DNA from: Patescibacteria group bacterium
Lineage (GTDB): Bacteria; Patescibacteriota; Minisyncoccia; UBA6257; HR35
Reading direction: 5' to 3'
Assembly (NCBI GenBank): GCA_030549845.1
Contig: JAUQQN010000001.1
Coordinates: 240,001 to 272,000, forward strand
DNA length: 32,000 nucleotides
The translations under genes were made by a program, and so were the position numbers. The notes under the pieces were generated by a model that was not told where the DNA came from, made no database searches, and was given only the letters and a program-made list of their open reading frames with translations. Positions 27,785 through 32,000 of the stretch are shown piece by piece. The stretch's first letter is position 1; each line of letters begins with the position of its first letter.

Positions 27785-27804
27785 TTATCCACAATTTATC
27801 CACT
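27785..27804. promoter_or_regulatory. tandem DnaA-box-like sites TTATCCACA (27785-27793) and TTATCCACT (27796-27804)
   Basis: A perfect consensus 9-mer and a one-mismatch copy, 2 bp apart, lie in the 60-bp divergent glyA / 3D-protein intergenic region. Confidence 0.4.
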
Positions 27805-27841
27805 AAAACAGATAAAATAGGTTATAATTAATTATATCAAA

Positions 27842-28285
27842 ATGACGTCGAAAAAAGTTTTATTTGCTTGTTTTACAATATTTTTGATATTTACTAGTTT
27901 TGTCCTGTCACCAACTAAAGCAGACATTGAACCTTTGTATTTTGATGAAACTGTATTCGAAAATTTAAAATTTAAATTAAGCAATTCAACAAAGAAAATT
28001 TTTATTGTTACAGTTACAGGCTATTCTTCGAGTTATGACGAAACTGACGAAACGCCATATATAACTGCAAGCGGTGATTTTGTAAATGATGGGATAGCAG
28101 CATCTAATTTTTTGCCTTTTGGAACAAAAATTAAAATACCATCATTATTTGGAGATAAAGTTTTTATTGTAAAAGATAGGATGAATAAAAGATATTATTT
28201 TAGAATAGATATTTGGTTCCCAACAAAAGAAGAGGCTTTGAATTTTGGTATTCATTATAACGTACCTATAGAAATAGTTGATTAA
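27842..28285 (+). CDS. secreted 3D-domain (RlpA/MltA-like double-psi beta-barrel) protein
   Basis: Signal-like N-terminus. VTVTGYSSSYDETDETPYITASGDFVNDGIAASNFLPFGTKIKIP...VKDRMNKRY fits the 3D domain. Confidence 0.7.
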   Translation: MTSKKVLFACFTIFLIFTSFVLSPTKADIEPLYFDETVFENLKFKLSNSTKKIFIVTVTGYSSSYDETDETPYITASGDFVNDGIAASNFLPFGTKIKIPSLFGDKVFIVKDRMNKRYYFRIDIWFPTKEEALNFGIHYNVPIEIVD

Positions 28286-29937
28286 GTTAAAGTACCTGCA
28301 ACTCTTTCTACTTCTTCTATTGTTGTTATTTGTTTTAATGCTTTTATAAGTCCTGCTTGTTTTAGGTTTATAAACCCATCTTTAATAGCTTGTTCTAGAA
28401 TTGCGAATTCAGATGGTTTTTCATATATAATTTTTGCCATATTTTCTGTAATCTTCAAAAGCTCAAATATAGCAACCCTTCCTTTGTAACCTAAATAAAG
28501 ACATTTTTCACAACCTTTAGCTTTAACTAATTTTATATTCTCTAAATCTAGATTTTCTAAAACCTCTTTAGGGACAGTTTTTATAGTGTTTACTATAATA
28601 TCTTTTAATTTATCATCTGGTTCAAATTCCTCCTTACAATAATTACATGCCCTTCTTAATAATCTTTGAGCTATTACTAACCTTAACGCAGGTGGTATTA
28701 AGGTTTTTTCCACCCCTAAATCGATAAGTCTTGGAATTGCTCCTAATGAATCATTTGTATGTAAAGTTGATAAAACTAAATGACCTGTTAACGAAGCATG
28801 AATTGCGATTTCTGCTGTTTCTTTATCCCTTATTTCTCCTACGAGAATTACGTCTGGGTCTTGCCTTAAAATTGATCTTAACCCATTTGCAAATGTATAA
28901 TTTTCAGCTTCATTAACTTGGGTTTGCGTAATTCCTTCTAATTTATATTCTATTGGATCTTCTATTGTGATGATCTTTATTTCTGGTCTTTTAATTTTAT
29001 TTAATATTGCATATAAAGTAGTGGTTTTTCCTGACCCAGTTGGCCCGGTATTTAAAATTAAACCATTTGGTTGCCTTATATAATATTCAATTATTTTTTT
29101 ATCATAATCTTCCAAACCCAAGCTTTCCAAGGGCAACATTATTTTTTCTATATCTAAAATTCTCATAACAATGGTTTCATCATAACTACTTGGAATAGTG
29201 CTTACTCTGATTTCTATGTTTTTTTTACCTAAATAAATGGAGAATCTTCCATCTTGTGGTTTTTCTGTAATATTTAAATAAAGCCCAGCAAATAATTTGA
29301 TTCTATTTTTTAAGAGGCCATATATTGATTTATTAAAATTTGCAATTTCATACAAAATTCCGTCAATTCTTAATTTAACAACTATATTTTTCTCTGTTGG
29401 TTCTAAATGAATATCAGAAGCATCAAATTTAATAGCTCCACCAACTAAATAATCTAAAATATCAAGTGGGTTTTCTTTTTCGAGTTCTCTTAAAATTTTC
29501 TTTAAATCTTCTTTAACCTGAAGAGAATTTAAAATATTATTTAATTTTTCTTGATCAATTTCTAGAATTTCTGTATATTTAACTTTTTTGGTTTTAATAT
29601 ACTTATACTCTTGCCAGGCTTTTTCTAGGCTTCTTTTAGAAACCACTCCTATTTCAACTATAAAATCTTGTTTCTTAAGTTCGTCTAAGAATTTTTTCAG
29701 CTCTTTATCTAATGGATTGAGCGCTCCGATTATTAATTTTTTCCCATATTTTTCAATGCCTACTATATTTAACTTTTTTGCTATATCTTCTGGAATTATT
29801 TTTAATGCATCTGGATCAACTGGATGAAATTTTAGGTTAAAATATTTTAATTGAAGCATGGAAGCTAATCTTTGTGCTAAGCTTTCTTCTTCCTCTTCTT
29901 GTAATTTATTTAAAAATTCTTGTAATTCATCACTCAT
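28282..29937 (-). CDS. pilB: type II/IV secretion ATPase (PilB/GspE family)
   Basis: Walker A GPTGSGKTTT, Walker B ILVGEIRD, His box LVLSTLHTN and the Cys cluster CNYC...CEKC. The start was chosen at MSDELQEF (29937). Confidence 0.85.
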   Translation of the reverse strand: MSDELQEFLNKLQEEEEESLAQRLASMLQLKYFNLKFHPVDPDALKIIPEDIAKKLNIVGIEKYGKKLIIGALNPLDKELKKFLDELKKQDFIVEIGVVSKRSLEKAWQEYKYIKTKKVKYTEILEIDQEKLNNILNSLQVKEDLKKILRELEKENPLDILDYLVGGAIKFDASDIHLEPTEKNIVVKLRIDGILYEIANFNKSIYGLLKNRIKLFAGLYLNITEKPQDGRFSIYLGKKNIEIRVSTIPSSYDETIVMRILDIEKIMLPLESLGLEDYDKKIIEYYIRQPNGLILNTGPTGSGKTTTLYAILNKIKRPEIKIITIEDPIEYKLEGITQTQVNEAENYTFANGLRSILRQDPDVILVGEIRDKETAEIAIHASLTGHLVLSTLHTNDSLGAIPRLIDLGVEKTLIPPALRLVIAQRLLRRACNYCKEEFEPDDKLKDIIVNTIKTVPKEVLENLDLENIKLVKAKGCEKCLYLGYKGRVAIFELLKITENMAKIIYEKPSEFAILEQAIKDGFINLKQAGLIKALKQITTIEEVERVAGTLT

Positions 29938-29963
29938 TTCAAAAATAATTATAATTCTTAACA

Positions 29964-32000
29964 ATGAAAATAGGCAAATATAAGTTTATAATCTTAATTG
30001 AGCTTTTTTTGTGGTTTCTTTTTATAATTCTCTTACTCTCTTTAAGTGCTTTTTTACTTTTTGCTGCTTTTACAATCAAAAATTTACCCAATCCTGAGAT
30101 ATTAGCAAAAACCACAACAAGTGGTAGCCTTCAAATATACGATAGAACAGGTACTATATTACTTTATGAAGTAGGTTTAAGAAAATATTGGGCAAATTAT
30201 GAAGACTTTGGAAAAAATATAATTTATGCAACATTGGCCGCTGAAGATGATTCTTTTTTTGAACATAAAGGAATAAGTATAAAAGGAATTTTGAGATCAA
30301 TTTGGCTTAATTTAAAGACGAGAAGTTTAACTTATGGTGGATCAACTATTACTCAACAACTTGCTAGAAATTTATTTTTGACTCAAGAAAAAACTTTATT
30401 AAGAAAAATTCAAGAGATTGTTTTAGCAATAGAATTAGAAAGAAGGTTTTCTAAAGAAGATATTTTGACATATTATTTAAATTCAATATATTATGGAGCA
30501 GGGAATATAGGCATAAAAGCTGCTGCTGATTTTTATTTTAATAAAAATATAAAAGACTTAACATTAGCAGAAGCAGCTACCTTAGCAGCAATTCCAAAGT
30601 CACCAAAATATTATGAACCAACAAATGAAAATAATCTAAAAAGATTAAAAGAAAGAAGGGATTTAATTTTAAAAAGATTATTAGATTTGAAATGGATAAG
30701 CGATGATGAGTATACTCAAGCTGTAAACAGTGAATTAAAAATCACCAAAAAGAAATATACAAAAATTGCTGCCCCTCATTTTGTTATTGAAGTTAAAAAA
30801 ATATTAGAAAATATGTTTCCTAATAAAAATCTAGAAAATTCTGGTTTTAAGGTAATTACAACTTTGAATTATAACTATCAAAAAATTGCTGAAGAAGTTG
30901 TTAAAGAAGGAGCATTAAAAAATGAGGAAAAAAGTGGTGCTAGAAATGCTGCTCTTTTAATGATGGACACAAAAACTGGGGAAATATTAGCTATGGTAGG
31001 ATCTAGAGATTTTTTTGATGAGTCTATTCAAGGACAAGTTAATATGACTACTGCACCTCGGCAACCTGGATCTGCATTCAAGCCAATATCATATGTTACA
31101 TTATTTCAGTTAGGTTATCCGATAGAGACAATAGTTTTTGATGTGCCTACAAATTTTGGTACTCCAGAAAATCCTTATTTCCCTAAAAATTTTGATGAAA
31201 GATTTAGGGGACCTGTAGATTTAAAAACAGCATTAGCACAATCTATTAATGTACCTGCTGTTAAAGTATTTTACTTAGCTGGGCCAGAAAGAGTAATAGA
31301 AAATGCAAAAAAGTTTGGGATTACAACCTTAAAAGACCCTCAGTATTATGGGCTTTCTTTAGCTTTAGGTAGCGCTGAAGTAAAAATGATAGATTTAGTA
31401 AAAGCTTATAGTGTATTTGCAAATGATGGAGAACTTGTAAGTCAAAGTTTAATTTTGAAAATTTATGACCATAACAATAATTTAATTTATGAATATAAAC
31501 CTGAAAGAAAAAGAGTAATAGATAGTCAGCCAGTTAGAATGTTAAATTTTATATTAAAAGATTACGAAGCTAGGAGAGGTTTACTTGTTGCTTCTTTACC
31601 ATTGACCAAAATCGATGATTATGAAATTGCTATAAAAACAGGAACTAGTGAATATTATAGAGATGCTTGGACAATTGGCTATACTCCTAATTTTGTTGTA
31701 GCAGTGTGGGCAGGGAACACTGATGGAAAACCTACAAAAAAAGGAGCAAGTATTGTGGCTACCCTTCCTATATGGCATAATTTTGTAAAACAAATTATCA
31801 AAGATTATCCAAAAACAAAATTTTTAGAACCATTACCAGTAAGAGTAAATAAACCTATGTTAAATGGTAAGTGGTATGATGAAATTTACGGGGTTCATGA
31901 AATTTTACATTATGTGGATAGAAACAATCCTTTAGGTCCTATTCCTTCTAACCCCTATAAAGATCCTCAATATATAAAGTGGGAATCTGCTCTCCAAATT
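29964..32000 (+). CDS. class A penicillin-binding protein (glycosyltransferase plus transpeptidase), 3' end beyond the window
   Basis: ATG at 29964 and the frame is open to base 32000 (679 codons). GT51 motifs are EDDSFFEHKG, GGSTITQQLARN and RKIQE. Transpeptidase motifs are SAFKP, SIN and KTGTS. It is absent from the ORF track because no stop lies inside the window. Confidence 0.85.
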   Translation, partial: MKIGKYKFIILIELFLWFLFIILLLSLSAFLLFAAFTIKNLPNPEILAKTTTSGSLQIYDRTGTILLYEVGLRKYWANYEDFGKNIIYATLAAEDDSFFEHKGISIKGILRSIWLNLKTRSLTYGGSTITQQLARNLFLTQEKTLLRKIQEIVLAIELERRFSKEDILTYYLNSIYYGAGNIGIKAAADFYFNKNIKDLTLAEAATLAAIPKSPKYYEPTNENNLKRLKERRDLILKRLLDLKWISDDEYTQAVNSELKITKKKYTKIAAPHFVIEVKKILENMFPNKNLENSGFKVITTLNYNYQKIAEEVVKEGALKNEEKSGARNAALLMMDTKTGEILAMVGSRDFFDESIQGQVNMTTAPRQPGSAFKPISYVTLFQLGYPIETIVFDVPTNFGTPENPYFPKNFDERFRGPVDLKTALAQSINVPAVKVFYLAGPERVIENAKKFGITTLKDPQYYGLSLALGSAEVKMIDLVKAYSVFANDGELVSQSLILKIYDHNNNLIYEYKPERKRVIDSQPVRMLNFILKDYEARRGLLVASLPLTKIDDYEIAIKTGTSEYYRDAWTIGYTPNFVVAVWAGNTDGKPTKKGASIVATLPIWHNFVKQIIKDYPKTKFLEPLPVRVNKPMLNGKWYDEIYGVHEILHYVDRNNPLGPIPSNPYKDPQYIKWESALQI

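Overview
The window is very AT-rich, roughly one quarter G+C by eye, and tightly packed. It uses the standard genetic code: TGA acts as a stop at the ATGA overlaps tsaE/polA (12644-12647) and polA/kinase (10137-10140). Gene content and style suggest a small-genome, Patescibacteria/CPR-like organism; this is an inference, not a database result. The supporting traits are an unlinked 23S rRNA, a pilin-LamG fusion, a lamin-tail-domain surface protein, PilB, few Shine-Dalgarno (SD) sites and many overlapping genes.

I support about 33 CDS, mostly on the minus strand. They include an epimerase, an ArsR-family regulator, two M20 peptidases, a GCS2/YbdK-like ligase, SOD, a frameshifted FMN reductase, gltX, a histidine kinase, polA, tsaE, yebC, rplS, serS, folD, glyA, pilB and a class A PBP. 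I also support one 23S rRNA (no 16S or 5S beside it) and five tRNAs: Ser-CGA, Lys-UUU, Ala-UGC, Asp-GUC and an aberrant initiator-like CAU tRNA.

The observations most worth a second look are:
1. An initiator-type tRNA whose T-loop and D-loop are non-canonical. Its 3' third supplies the only plausible SD and start codon for the downstream pilin-LamG gene.
2. A roughly 1 kb GC-rich single-gene island encoding a tryptophan-rich, short GCS2-like ligase. It sits in a row of peptidase and redox genes.
3. Two similarly built promoter / mini-ORF / antiterminator-terminator leader modules of about 200 bp (5461-5637 minus strand, 18105-18314 plus strand).
4. tRNA 3' ends that abut CDS start codons with 2 and 7 nt spacers.
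5. A duplicated palindromic operator flanking the ArsR gene.
6. A repeated 12-mer containing a perfect DnaA-box core.

I saw no CRISPR array, transposase, integrase or rRNA intron. All coordinates were derived by hand and need computational confirmation.
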